Source: Azolla caroliniana
Taxonomy: Eukaryota > Plantae > Polypodiophyta
DNA: 64,000 nt
Assembly: GCA_043228905.1 (NCBI GenBank)
Contig: JBHGNT010000021.1
Span: 12,028,001 to 12,092,000, forward strand
Direction: 5' to 3'
Part shown: positions 1 through 10,292 of the stretch, piece by piece
How the letters are laid out: every line of letters begins with the position of its first letter
Numbering within the stretch: position 1 is the stretch's first letter
Notes under the pieces: generated by a model
Told to the model about the DNA's origin: nothing
Database searches by the model: none
What the model saw: only the letters and a program-made list of their open reading frames with translations
Program-made: the position numbers and the translations under genes

Positions 1-1103
1 TACTTGCTCGCGTCGAAGTCGTTAAGCGCCGGAGTTCTCGTCCCGTCTGTTGTTACGTATGTTGCCTCGAAGAAGTCCACGCCGACCTCTTCGTCCTCCG
101 AAACCATGCCGCCCTCGTCATCGAACCTCGCCCTCGAAAGCATGTCGGCCATGGCGTTGTCTTTTCCGGAAATGTGTCGTATTTCCGGGTCCAGGGACTT
201 GATGTACGCTATCCACCAGAGCATCGCCAGGTCCGGTGTCGCGCATCGGGAAACCATGCCGAGAATCGGCAGGCAATCCGTCTCGATAATCACTTCTATC
301 CCGATCAGATAGTCTTTGTCGGCCTTTACCGCCGAAACGATACCCCAGAGTTCGCGTTTAACCTGGGCGTATCCTCGCTGCCGCTCACTGAGGATTTTCG
401 CGCCGAATCGGATCGGAAACCGATTGCCGTCCTCGTCTTGTTGGTTGACGACCCACCCGATTCCGGTCGGACTCGTGTCAACCGTTATGTATACTGGGGT
501 GCCCTTCTTGTAGACGGCCTTCCGGAGCGCCGGTGCTACCGAAAGAGCCTCCTTCAGCTTCCGGACCGACTCCGTGTGCTCGTCAAGCCATTCGAACCTT
601 CGCCCTTTCTTCAGCAACCCGTACAGCGGCTCCGCGACGTGTGCGTAATGCGGGACCCATATGTGGTAGAACGCGCATGCTCCCAAGAATCTTCGTACTT
701 CCGTGACCGAGCTGAAGTCGGGCTTCATCGCGGAGATGGCTTCTACCTTTGCCGGAGACAGTTTCCGGCCATATGGCCCACATAAGTGTCCGACCACCAT
801 GATTTCCGACTGCCCGAAGGCTGATTTCTCCCCCGAGAAGGTGAGCCTCGCATCCTCTAGCCTTCGCAGCACCTTCTCGCAGTCGTCGATGTGCGTCGCC
901 ACGAATCGCCGGCATCCGTCCGGCCCGATCGTCTCGTCCTTCTCTGCTACCGGGCATCCCTTGATCGGGATGTCGTCCAGAAACGGCATGGTGATGTCCG
1001 GGATGCAGTCCCTCAGAACCTTGTTCATCGCATTCACCATGTGGGCCACCGAGTTGGTCCCTCCTTGCGGCAGCGTACACATCCGCACTAGGCCGAGGGG
1101 AGT

Positions 1104-1685
1104 TGTCGAGCCTCAACGCTTCGATTCACCTTCTTCGCTCGGCCACAACCGAGTAATCGCGGATCAATGGAGCAGAAAATAGGAACCACACGAGAAACAA
1201 AAGAAACGCGAGTACACAGGGATTAACGTGGAAAACCCAGACGGGAAAAACCACGGGAGTACAAGACTCCAAACAACGCTATACAGAGAAGTATACAATG
1301 ACGAGCTCCAAGGCGACGACCTTGAGCTCGCTGTCCTCGCCACAGGCGGCGGAAATACACAGAGGCGTCGTCCTCTTCCTCTCTCGCGTGCTATCTCTCT
1401 CTCTCTCTATCTCTCACGGCTGCTCCCTCTTCACTCCTCTAAAGTGGAAAAACAGAAAAATTAGAAGCAACAGTAAAACAGTTTGCCCTAAGTCATATTT
1501 ATACTTATATGACTTTGGGCTATTTACAATTGTAGCCTCAGGGGCCCATAGCGAACATATTCACGGATATGTCCCTGCATCCGGATCGCTCTCCGGGTAC
1601 ATCCGGATCCGGTACCGAAACCGGGCTTGTCGGCATTCATCTCCGATATCCGACCATCCCATCAGAAGGGACCGTAATCCCAACA
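1104..1685 (-). repeat. Co-A 3' LTR (582 bp)
   Basis: Direct repeat of 5802-6420. Preceded on the minus strand by PPT TGAAGGGGGAG (1688-1698). Confidence 0.96.
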
Positions 1686-1695
1686 AACTCCCCCT

Positions 1696-4600
1696 TCACT
1701 TCGGCATGGGATGTCTCTCCAATCCGATCCTCTTCCGGCATGCTTCCAGCTTGTCGGGTGTGAGCACCTTGGTCAGCATATCCGACCCGTTCTCGTCCGT
1801 GTGGATCTTCGTCAGCACGAACTCCTTGTCTTCTATCCTTTCCCGGATCCAGTGATATCTTCGCTGGATGTGCTTCGTCCGGGAGTGATAGGCCGCGTTC
1901 TTTGCAAGGTGGATTGCACTCTGACTGTCGCAGTAGAGTCGGTACTCCTCCTGCCGGATACCGAGCTCTCTAATGAAGTCCTTCATCCATATTATTTCCT
2001 TGCCGGCTTCAACAGCCGCCATGTACTCCGCCTCCGTGGTTGACAGCGCAACCGTCTTCTGCAGCCTCGACTGCCATGAAACAGCTCCCCCTGCATACGT
2101 CATCACATACCCTGATGTGGACCGGCTGGTATCTGCATCAGCCGACATATCCGAATCGGTAAAGCCGTCGAGTTCGGGCTTTCCGGAGCCGAATCGGAGG
2201 CACACGTTTGCCGTGCCCTTCAGGTATCGGAGTATCCACTTGGCCGCGTTCCAATGCTCTTTGCCGGGATTGCTCATGTACCGGCTCACCACTCCGACTG
2301 CATATCCGATGTCCGGTCTCGTACACACCATGGCGTACATCAAGCTCCCGACGGCTGAGGCATACGGCACTTTCATCATATCCTCCTTTTCGGCATTTGT
2401 CTTGGGACTTTGCTTGCTGGACAGCTTGCAGTTTGTCGGGAGGGTCGACCCGACCGGTCTCGCTTCCGACATGTTGAACCGGTGAAGCACCTTCGTCACG
2501 TACTTCTCCTGTGACAGCCACAACTGCTTCTTCTTCCGGTCCCGGATGATGTGCATCCCTAGTATTTGCCTCGCCGGACCCAGGTCCTTCATTGAGAAGG
2601 TTCGGTGAAGAGCCTTCTTCAGCATCCGTATCTTGACCTGGTCCCGTCCGACGATCAACATGTCGTCCACGTACAGGAGGAGTATTAGAGAGTCTCCTCC
2701 TTCAAACTTCTTCACAAACACGCAGTGGTCGGACTGCGTTTTGAGGTACCCTTCGTCGGTCATGAAGGAGTCGAACTTCCGGTACCATTGCCGGGGAGCC
2801 TGCTTCAGTCCGTAAAGGCTCTTCTTCAACCGGCATACCAGGTGCTCCTTCCCTTTCTTCTCGAATCCTTCCGGTTGCTGCATGTAGATCTCTTCTTCGA
2901 GGTCACCGTGAAGGAATGCCGTCTTCACGTCCATCTGTTCTACCTCGAGGTCCATGCTTGCCGCTATGCTCAGCACCGTCCGGATGGAGGTCATCTTCAC
3001 TACCGGGGCAAATATCTCGTCGAAGTCGACGCCCTTCTTCTGCTGAAACCCCTTCACCACGATCCTGGCTTTGTATCTCGGGGGGTTTCCGGCATCTCCC
3101 GGTTTCAGCTTGAACACCCACTTGTTACGGAGTGCCCGTTTTCCTTTCGGCAACTCCACAAGTTCATATGTGTGGTTCTCATGCAGGGAATCCATCTCGT
3201 CCTGCATGGCACTCAACCACCTGCTGCTCTGGGTGTCATGCTTTGCTTCTTCAAGGCTCTCCGGCTCCCCCTCGTCGATTAGCAACACGTGCTCTGGTTC
3301 CGGAAATCTCCGGGGGGCCCTTCTCTCTCTTAGAGGATATCTCCGTTCCGGAGCTTCGGTAACCGGTTCTTCCGATTCTTCTTCTTCATCCGAATCCATT
3401 TCGGGATCGGGGCCGGTTCCGGTATCATTTTCATCTTCTTCGGCCGGTTCTGTTTCTTCACCGTCTTCGGCCGGATCCTCGAGTGCTAACCGGTCCCTTG
3501 CCGGTCGGGACTGCTCCTCGTAGAGTTGATCCTCACCGGTCGACTTGGAGCTCTTCATCTTCTTCTCCGACTCCCAGTCGGCGAGTGTCTTGTTCTCCAT
3601 GAAGATGATATCACGACTCCGGAATATCTTCTTGTCAACCGGGTCCCATACTCGGTAGCCGAACTCGTCGTCGCCGTAACCGAGGAATATGCATGGCCGG
3701 GTCTTTGGATCTAGCTTTCCTCTCCGGTCCTTTGCCACATGCACGTATGCAAGACACCCGAACACCTTCAGATGCCGGTAGGATACTTCCCTACCGGTCC
3801 ACACTCTCTGCGGCGTGTCTCCGTCCAAAGGTACTGAGGGTGATCTGTTTATCACATATGTCGCCGTCGACATTGCCTCAGCCCAAAATCCCTTGGGTAA
3901 TTTCGCATGCGCCAGCATACTCCGAACCCTCTCCATTATGGTCCGGTTCATCCTCTCGGCCAGCCCGTTCAGTTCCGGCGTCTTCGGCACAGTAAACTCG
4001 AGTCGGATTCCCTTCGAGCGACAGTACTCCTGGAACTGCCCCCGGTATTCCCCTCCGTTATCCGCTCGTATCGCTTTCAGCTTCTTGCCGGATTCCCTTT
4101 CCACTCTCGCGTGGAGTTCTTTGAAGACGCACAACACTTGGTCCTTTGTCTTCATCGGTGCCGTCCACAGTTTTCGGCTATGATCATCGATGAATGTTAC
4201 GAAGTACTGGGCTCCGCCATGTGACTTCGTTTCTACCTGACACACATCAGTGTGCACCAACTCCAATGGTGCGCTACGTCTCGTCGGTGGCCTTGAGTGG
4301 AAGGAAGTTCGGTTCTGCTTACCGGCCAGGCAATCGGTGCACTTCTCCAGGTGCACATGCTTCACTGGGATAAGGTTGTCTTCTGCAAGCCTCTTCATCC
4401 CCTTCTCACTCATGTGGCACAGTCTTTTGTGCCACAGCTCACCGGCAGTGTCGGCTGCCACATTCAGCTCTTCCGGACATAACCGGGCATTCATCAGGTA
4501 CAGTCTGTTGTCTTTCCGGGCCCGAGCCACTATCAGGCTCCCCTTGCTGAACTTCATTACGCCGTTCTGGATGCTACCCGTGTAGCCTTCGTCATCTAGC

Positions 4601-5772
4601 CTCCCGGCCGAAATCAGGTTCAGTCGGACCTCCGGAACGTGTCGGACATTCTTCAGCAGCATTTTGCATCCGGTCGGGGTTGACAACCACACGTCTCCTA
4701 TGCCGGCAATCCGGCACGTACCTTCGTTTCCCATCCGAACACAGCCATGCTCGCCGGCTGTGTAGGATGAGAAGTATCTTCTCTCCGGGGTCAGGTGGAA
4801 CGATGCTCCGGAATCGACCACCCAGGTCGTCTCATCGCCGGCAATGTTTAGCTCACCTTCTTCGGTGATGAGCATGATTTCTTCCTCACTTGCCGCGAGT
4901 GCCGTCGTTCCTTTCCGGTCCTGCCCTCGCCGATCCGAACCTCTCCGGTCCGTGGCTCCCCGGTATGCACCGTTTCTCTCCGGTGACTTCTTCGAGTCGG
5001 TGTCGTCGGCTCTGTTGTCTTTTCGGTAATGCCGACAATTCTTTCGGAAGTGCCCCGGCTTCCCACAGTGGAAGCATGTGGGCCTTCCTCTTGACTGCGA
5101 CCGGGTCCCCGACTTCTCCCGTCTTTGCGGACTCCGGTTCCATTGTCTTCCCCGATCCGATTCGGTAAGCAGCGCCTTCGGGTCGGAGGCCGGTTCTTTA
5201 TCTCTCCGACGCGCTTCTTCGTTCAAAATACTTGTCTTTACCGTTTGCAAGGACAAGTTATCTTCGGTGCAGGAGGTGCTGAGAGTCACCACCAAGTTCT
5301 CCCAGCTTTCCGGCAATGTACACATCAGGATGATGGCTTGCATTGCATCCTCCAACGGGAACTTGATCGCCGCAAGCTGATTCACGAATCCCATGAACGT
5401 GCTTACGTGTTCCACCATACTCTCGCCGTCCCGGTACTTGAGATTCACTATCTTCCTCATCAGGGAGGTCCGATTCAACGCATTCTTCCTCTCGTAGAGG
5501 CCCGACAGCTTCTTCCACATTTCATATGCGTTGGTGTCGTTTGCCACATGTTGTAGGACGCTCACGTCGACGTATTGCCGAATGGTTGCAACGGCTTTCC
5601 GGTTCAGAAGCCTCCATTCTGACTCAAGTACCCCTTTCGGTATTTCCGACCTGTCAATCGGTTCGTACAGGTCCCGAACAATCAGAAGATCCTCCATCTT
5701 GATCTTCCAGTCGGCGTAATTCTGTGCATTCAGCACCATCATCCCCGGCTGCCCGCTGCCGCCGCCTTCCAT
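1696..5772 (-). CDS. Copia Gag-Pol polyprotein (gag, CCHC knuckle, protease, GAG-pre-integrase, integrase, RT, RNase H), 1358 aa
   Basis: Open frame from ATG 5772. Motifs CFHCGKPGHFRKNC, WVVDSGAS, LWHKRLCH, ADNGGEY, QMDVKTAFLHG, LYVDDM, RTKHI, SDMLTK. Confidence 0.96.
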   Translation of the reverse strand: MEGGGSGQPGMMVLNAQNYADWKIKMEDLLIVRDLYEPIDRSEIPKGVLESEWRLLNRKAVATIRQYVDVSVLQHVANDTNAYEMWKKLSGLYERKNALNRTSLMRKIVNLKYRDGESMVEHVSTFMGFVNQLAAIKFPLEDAMQAIILMCTLPESWENLVVTLSTSCTEDNLSLQTVKTSILNEEARRRDKEPASDPKALLTESDRGRQWNRSPQRREKSGTRSQSRGRPTCFHCGKPGHFRKNCRHYRKDNRADDTDSKKSPERNGAYRGATDRRGSDRRGQDRKGTTALAASEEEIMLITEEGELNIAGDETTWVVDSGASFHLTPERRYFSSYTAGEHGCVRMGNEGTCRIAGIGDVWLSTPTGCKMLLKNVRHVPEVRLNLISAGRLDDEGYTGSIQNGVMKFSKGSLIVARARKDNRLYLMNARLCPEELNVAADTAGELWHKRLCHMSEKGMKRLAEDNLIPVKHVHLEKCTDCLAGKQNRTSFHSRPPTRRSAPLELVHTDVCQVETKSHGGAQYFVTFIDDHSRKLWTAPMKTKDQVLCVFKELHARVERESGKKLKAIRADNGGEYRGQFQEYCRSKGIRLEFTVPKTPELNGLAERMNRTIMERVRSMLAHAKLPKGFWAEAMSTATYVINRSPSVPLDGDTPQRVWTGREVSYRHLKVFGCLAYVHVAKDRRGKLDPKTRPCIFLGYGDDEFGYRVWDPVDKKIFRSRDIIFMENKTLADWESEKKMKSSKSTGEDQLYEEQSRPARDRLALEDPAEDGEETEPAEEDENDTGTGPDPEMDSDEEEESEEPVTEAPERRYPLRERRAPRRFPEPEHVLLIDEGEPESLEEAKHDTQSSRWLSAMQDEMDSLHENHTYELVELPKGKRALRNKWVFKLKPGDAGNPPRYKARIVVKGFQQKKGVDFDEIFAPVVKMTSIRTVLSIAASMDLEVEQMDVKTAFLHGDLEEEIYMQQPEGFEKKGKEHLVCRLKKSLYGLKQAPRQWYRKFDSFMTDEGYLKTQSDHCVFVKKFEGGDSLILLLYVDDMLIVGRDQVKIRMLKKALHRTFSMKDLGPARQILGMHIIRDRKKKQLWLSQEKYVTKVLHRFNMSEARPVGSTLPTNCKLSSKQSPKTNAEKEDMMKVPYASAVGSLMYAMVCTRPDIGYAVGVVSRYMSNPGKEHWNAAKWILRYLKGTANVCLRFGSGKPELDGFTDSDMSADADTSRSTSGYVMTYAGGAVSWQSRLQKTVALSTTEAEYMAAVEAGKEIIWMKDFIRELGIRQEEYRLYCDSQSAIHLAKNAAYHSRTKHIQRRYHWIRERIEDKEFVLTKIHTDENGSDMLTKVLTPDKLEACRKRIGLERHPMPK

Positions 5773-5786
5773 TTTCTGCAACAGTC

Positions 5787-5798
5787 GCTCTGATACCA
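5787..5798 (-). promoter_or_regulatory. Primer binding site (tRNA-iMet) of Co-A
   Basis: TGGTATCAGAGC 3 nt downstream of the 5' LTR. Confidence 0.95.
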
Positions 5799-5801
5799 GT
5801 T

Positions 5802-6420
5802 TGTCGAGCCTCAACGCTTCGATTCACCTTCTTCGCTCGGCCACAACCGAGTAATCGCGGATCAATGGAGCAGAAAATAGGAACCACACGAGAAACAAAA
5901 GAAACGCGAGTACACAGGGATTAACGTGGAAAACCCAGACGGGAAAAACCACGGGAGTACAAGACTCCAAACAACGCTATACAGAGAAGTATACAATGAC
6001 GAGCTCCAAGGCGACGACCTTGAGCTCGCTGTCCTCGCCACAGGCGGCGGAAATACACAGAGGCGTCGTCCTCTTCCTCTCTCGCGTGCTATCTCTCTCT
6101 CTCTCTCTATCTCTCACGGCTGCTCCCTCTTCACTCCTCTAAAGTGGAAAAACAGAAAAAATTAGAAGCAACAGTAAAACAGTTTGCCCTAAGTCATATT
6201 TATACTTATATGACTTTGGGCTATTTACAATTGTAGCCTCAGGGGCCCATAGCGAACATATTCACGGATATGTCCCTGCATCCGGATCGCTCTCCGGGTA
6301 CATCCGGATCCGGTACCGAAACCGGGGTCTTCGTCATCCGGATCCGGAACCGAAACCGGGCTTGTCGGCATTCATCTCCAATATCCGACCATCCCATCAG
6401 AAGGGACCGTAATCCCAACA
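5802..6420 (-). repeat. Co-A 5' LTR (619 bp)
   Basis: Direct repeat of 1104-1685 plus a 35-bp segment and one extra CT unit. Confidence 0.96.
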
Positions 6421-7397
6421 GGAGTTCGCATCGTCGTAATGTCTCTGCTCTCCACGGGTAGCTGGAACTGGTCGTACCCTGAGTATAGATCACCGACCGA
6501 GTAAATCGACCTTCCGGCGAAGGCCTCCACGAACTCGTCTATGGTCGGTCCGATCCCTGCGTTCCGAATGGTCACCCTATTGACCGGTTGCAGGTCCTGA
6601 ATGAAGCGCAATGATCCGTTTTTCTTTGGTACGGTAAACCATCGGTTTGAATACGGGGCGCTCGATGGCTCGAGAATGCCCATATCAACTTTCTGCTTCA
6701 ACAGCTCCATCAACTTCGGGATGTGAGCTCTCGGAACCGGAATTGGCTTGAGATTCCACGGTACATGCGGTACCGTGAATATCACCATCGGCTCTACGAT
6801 CGTCGGGTCTACGCACCCGATTTCCTCCGGTGAGAATGCGAAGGCTTTCCCGTGCCTTCTGAGCATTCTCCGAAACCGGTCTTCCTCCGCCGGTAGTAGG
6901 AACCCGCCCCCACCGATTTTGAGCTCCCGGAGCGTCTCGTTGGTGAAGGTGTGTCCTATGCAGGCCGGATCTCGTAAACTGGGGTCCGATGCAACCCCTT
7001 TGATTCGCGACTCACTGCCCTCCGGTAAGGGTACCGCGACTGGCCTTACCTTCCGGTCCACAGTCTTGTACTTGGTGCTTACTCGGGCCGTCCGATCCGA
7101 CTCGAGCCCCCTACCAAAGTCCGCGATGGCTTCGTACATCTCTTCGGAACATACCGGTATCGTCCGGTCTTCGTTAAGGTCTTCTTCGACTACATTCCCC
7201 AGCATTCCCAAGGTGTCGTCGAAGGAGACCGCCTCCACGGCTCCGTTGATTTCCTCGTCAGGGCCGAGAACTCCGCACGCTCGAAGTCTCCCCTCCGTCT
7301 TTGTCTTCTCTCGGCCGGCGATGCCGACTATCGTACATGCTCCGCTGTCGGAGAAGCAAAATTTCCTACCTATTGTACACGGTCTTATCGTACAGAT

Positions 7398-7463
7398 GTG
7401 GGGTTTTCCCGGAGCATCCGGACTGTCGCGGCCCCACGCCTTGGCAGTCCTCTCTAAAAATCC
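7398..7463 (-). promoter_or_regulatory. Candidate -1 ribosomal frameshift signal (G_GAU_UUU + 6-nt spacer + stem/pseudoknot) between gag-PR and RT
   Basis: Gag-PR ends GAG GAT TTT TAG. The -1 frame is open and continuous with the RT ORF. Stem GGACTG/CAGTCC, with loop GTGGGG complementary to downstream CCCCAC. Conserved in two other copies. Confidence 0.8.
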
Positions 7464-9606
7464 TCTCGGTTTTCGGAACCGAGGGAGTCGCGATTACGTT
7501 CGTGGTTCGGCCGTACCGTCAGAAACTGGACCGAACGGCGCCCGTCCTGGCTTTTGACCCTTGCATAGGCCGAACCGTTATTCAGCACCTTGGTCTCCAT
7601 TCGCGCCGCCGTGATGTACGGCTCTCCCAATATTACCGGATGCGAGGACGTCTCCTGTACGAAGAAGTGCTGGTCAATCTCGACGTCGCCGATCTTGACC
7701 CGTACGTTCGGGCAGGTCCCGTGCAGTTCCTCGGTGGCGTGCGTCGCCGCCCGTATCTTCCACCCGTGCTTGGTGTTGATCGGCCATTTGCCCTTCTTGT
7801 AGAAGTCCATGGACATTAGGTTGATCTCCGAACCGTGGTCCACCAAAGCTACCACCGGTTCCTGGACATCTCCGATCTTCACCGGGGTTTCCGTGGTCAC
7901 TCGGGCCCAGTGTGGCCTCGAATAGTGGCTCTCCGCCCACTCATCTTCCAGTGACATGTCGTCTAGGTGCGTCGTCCGCACCTCTACCGGTCTTTCCGGT
8001 TCTACCTCCGTTGACAGCCTCTTCCGCTTCACCAAGTCCACGATGGAGTCGTGGAACTCCCTCCTGGCGATTCCTAGCACTTCCCGTAATGACAGCTCCA
8101 CCTTGCTGTCGAGGATCCGTTCTTCTAGGACCTTCCGCAGGTCCGTGGTCCTCTCTATTTCCGTCCCCAATCGGTATCCGCCCTTCCTGGGGTTATCTTG
8201 CGCACTGGACCCGCCGGCCTCGTTCCGTCGTTGCCCGAACCGGGTCTCGTATCGTTGTGAGGGCCCGGTCATTCCGGTTTTCCCCACCCGCTTCTCTTCT
8301 ACCAGAGCCTCGTAGTTCTGGCAGGCGGCTTCCACGAAGCTCGTCCTTTCCTCGACCGGGTCGCTCCACCCGGTTATCTCCCGGACCCGTTTCTCCGCGC
8401 GGTCCGCTTCGTCCCCTTTCAGCCGCGTACCGGCGAGGCCTTCCAGCATCACCGACCAGAATCCGGCTTTGCTTTCCTTTCGGGCCTCGCTGCCCCCGAC
8501 CCGAATGCCGGCCGACGCCGAGTAGTGGACGGTTTCTGCATGTCGGGCCGCCGCCTCTTCCATCAGTCTCTTCATTCCTCCTCGCCCGTCGTTTCGGTTT
8601 AGGGCCCTTCTGGTGTCGCTGGCGTGCACCCGGCCTTCCCACAGGTACACCACCCGGTTCTTCAGCGCCTCTGCGAAATCGCCGCAGTCCTTCCGAATGT
8701 GGCCGACCTCGTCGCACCACATGCATCTGTTTCCCGCTGCCGGCCGTCGGTCGCGAGCCGGTTCGCCGCCTTCCCTGCGGGCTTGTGCAATTTGGAGGTC
8801 CTTTATTGCCCTCGTCAATTCCTCCAGCGCAGCTCCTCCGGTCGAGCCTCTGATCATGCCGGTCGAAGCTGAACCGGTTTCCAGCCACTCCCGGTCTCTC
8901 CCTTTCGCACCGCCTGCGGCGGTTCAAGCTTCCTTGCTGCGCCCGAGCCCGACCCGATCGCCCCGTTATCCGCCCATTCTCGCCGTTTGTCGAAACGGCC
9001 GCAGGCTCTCTTAACCGCCGCCCAGTCGGTCGTCAGCCCGTCTTCGGTTTCCAGCAGGGCACCCACGTGATCCCGATCCCGCTCGTCCACCGACTTGACG
9101 AACAGTAGGACCCGGCTTGTATCCAGGATCGTTCGGTCAAGCGTCGAAAGGCGCGCAAAGTTTTCCTCAAACTCCCGGAGGAGTGCCGACGCGTTTCTTC
9201 CCTTCCCGGGGGACTCCACTCATTCCATGAAGCTTCGTTTCGAAAGCCGGAGCGCATCGTCCAGCCCGTATTTCTCTAGGAGCCGACCTTCGAACTCCTC
9301 CCAGGTACGGCTCTCCACCCGCACCTCGAGCACCTCCGCATGGATGCTCGGCATCGTCACTCGAGGAAATCCGGCAAGACGCCTTTCTTCCGGAATGTCC
9401 CGCATCAGCATCTCTGCACCGTAGGACGCCAAGTACTTCGTGGCATCCTTTCTGCTGAATCGACCGATTGTACCGACGACCGCCTCAATGGCTCTGTCGA
9501 GGGCGCCGGAGCCCTCGCGTGCGTTTACTAACCGGTCAACGGCCGAAGCCATGGCCTCTGCAAGATCCGATCCCCTCATTTCCTGCTCTTTTGCCGCCTC
9601 TTTCAT

Positions 9607-9619
9607 GTCGGGTTCACCA
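9607..9619 (-). promoter_or_regulatory. PBS of Gy-A, complementary to tRNA-Trp 3' end (from recall)
   Basis: TGGTGAACCCGAC 3 nt after the LTR and directly followed by the gag ATG. Confidence 0.8.
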
Positions 9620-9622
9620 AGA

Positions 9623-10292
9623 TGTCGCGATATTACGCAAGTGCGTATAGAAACGAGGCGGGACCGCGGGGGTCTTGAACCGAAGAGCAAGCGAGGGTGG
9701 AGAAAGAGAGAGGACCGGTTACGCAGGACCGGGGATACACAGGGACACGGCCCTTCAACACAGAGAACGCGAATAGACGCCAACACAGGTAGACGCAAAC
9801 AAACGAATATATATATATAAGCAAATATCTGATCAAGAAGCTACAACCCGCGATGGGGCACAGGATGGTTACAACCGAACAGGCCGGCGAACAGATGCCG
9901 ATGCCTGTTCGCTGCGTCGCACAAAAGGGAGCAGGTCGGAGGTGCTGCCGGAAGCACTCGGGCGTTCCTCGAAACAGCGCGAGCCTCCTCGAAAACCTGC
10001 ACAGGAAAAGCTATGGAGAAAAAGGGAAGGAGAACGGAGAGAGAAGCGTCCAGAATCGGTCCGACAGCACTTCGTCCTCTCCGCGCGATCCTTTGTGTCT
10101 CCCCGTCCTCCTCCTTTTATCGGTCAAGAAGGAGCCGTTCGGCATTAAATTCCCACCTACCGTATCTAACCACTTCGATCCTCCTAGGTACCTAATTCGC
10201 CTCTATGTACAACTTGGCGCGCACGTGCGTGAAGAGCCGGTTCCCACGCCTTGGTGCCCCAATTCCACCCTTGGACGGTTTTCTTCACGACA
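9623..10292 (-). repeat. Gy-A 5' LTR
   Basis: TG...CA ends with imperfect terminal inverted repeat, adjacent PBS, and terminal similarity to the Gy-C LTRs (CGGTTTTCTTCACGACA). Confidence 0.88.

Larger units (their letters stand above)
1104..6420 (-). mobile_element. Full-length, young Ty1/copia element Co-A (Tnt1/Tork-like)
   Basis: Paired LTRs 5802-6420 and 1104-1685 with TG...CA ends. 5-bp TSD GGAGT (1099-1103, 6421-6425). tRNA-iMet PBS and PPT present. Uninterrupted gag-pol. Confidence 0.97.
1..10292 (-). mobile_element. Ty3/gypsy LTR retrotransposon Gy-A (5' LTR, gag-PR, RT-RNase H; 3' end outside window; interrupted by copia Co-A)
   Basis: 5' LTR 9623-10292 (TGTCGTGA...TCGCGACA on minus). 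PBS TGGTGAACCCGAC. Gag CCHC knuckle CMWCDEVGHIRKDC, protease LVDHGSEIN, RT motifs (DLYSGYDQ, LPQGGTNS, PFLDD), RNase H (ELWGI, ETDC, NAMADMLSR). In-frame TGA at ~9220 and a frameshift at ~8855. Confidence 0.93.

Noticed and set aside
5773-5814. N-terminal extension of the copia ORF given in the ORF track (1372 aa)
   Set aside because: Starts at a non-ATG codon inside the LTR/PBS. The plausible start is ATG 5772.
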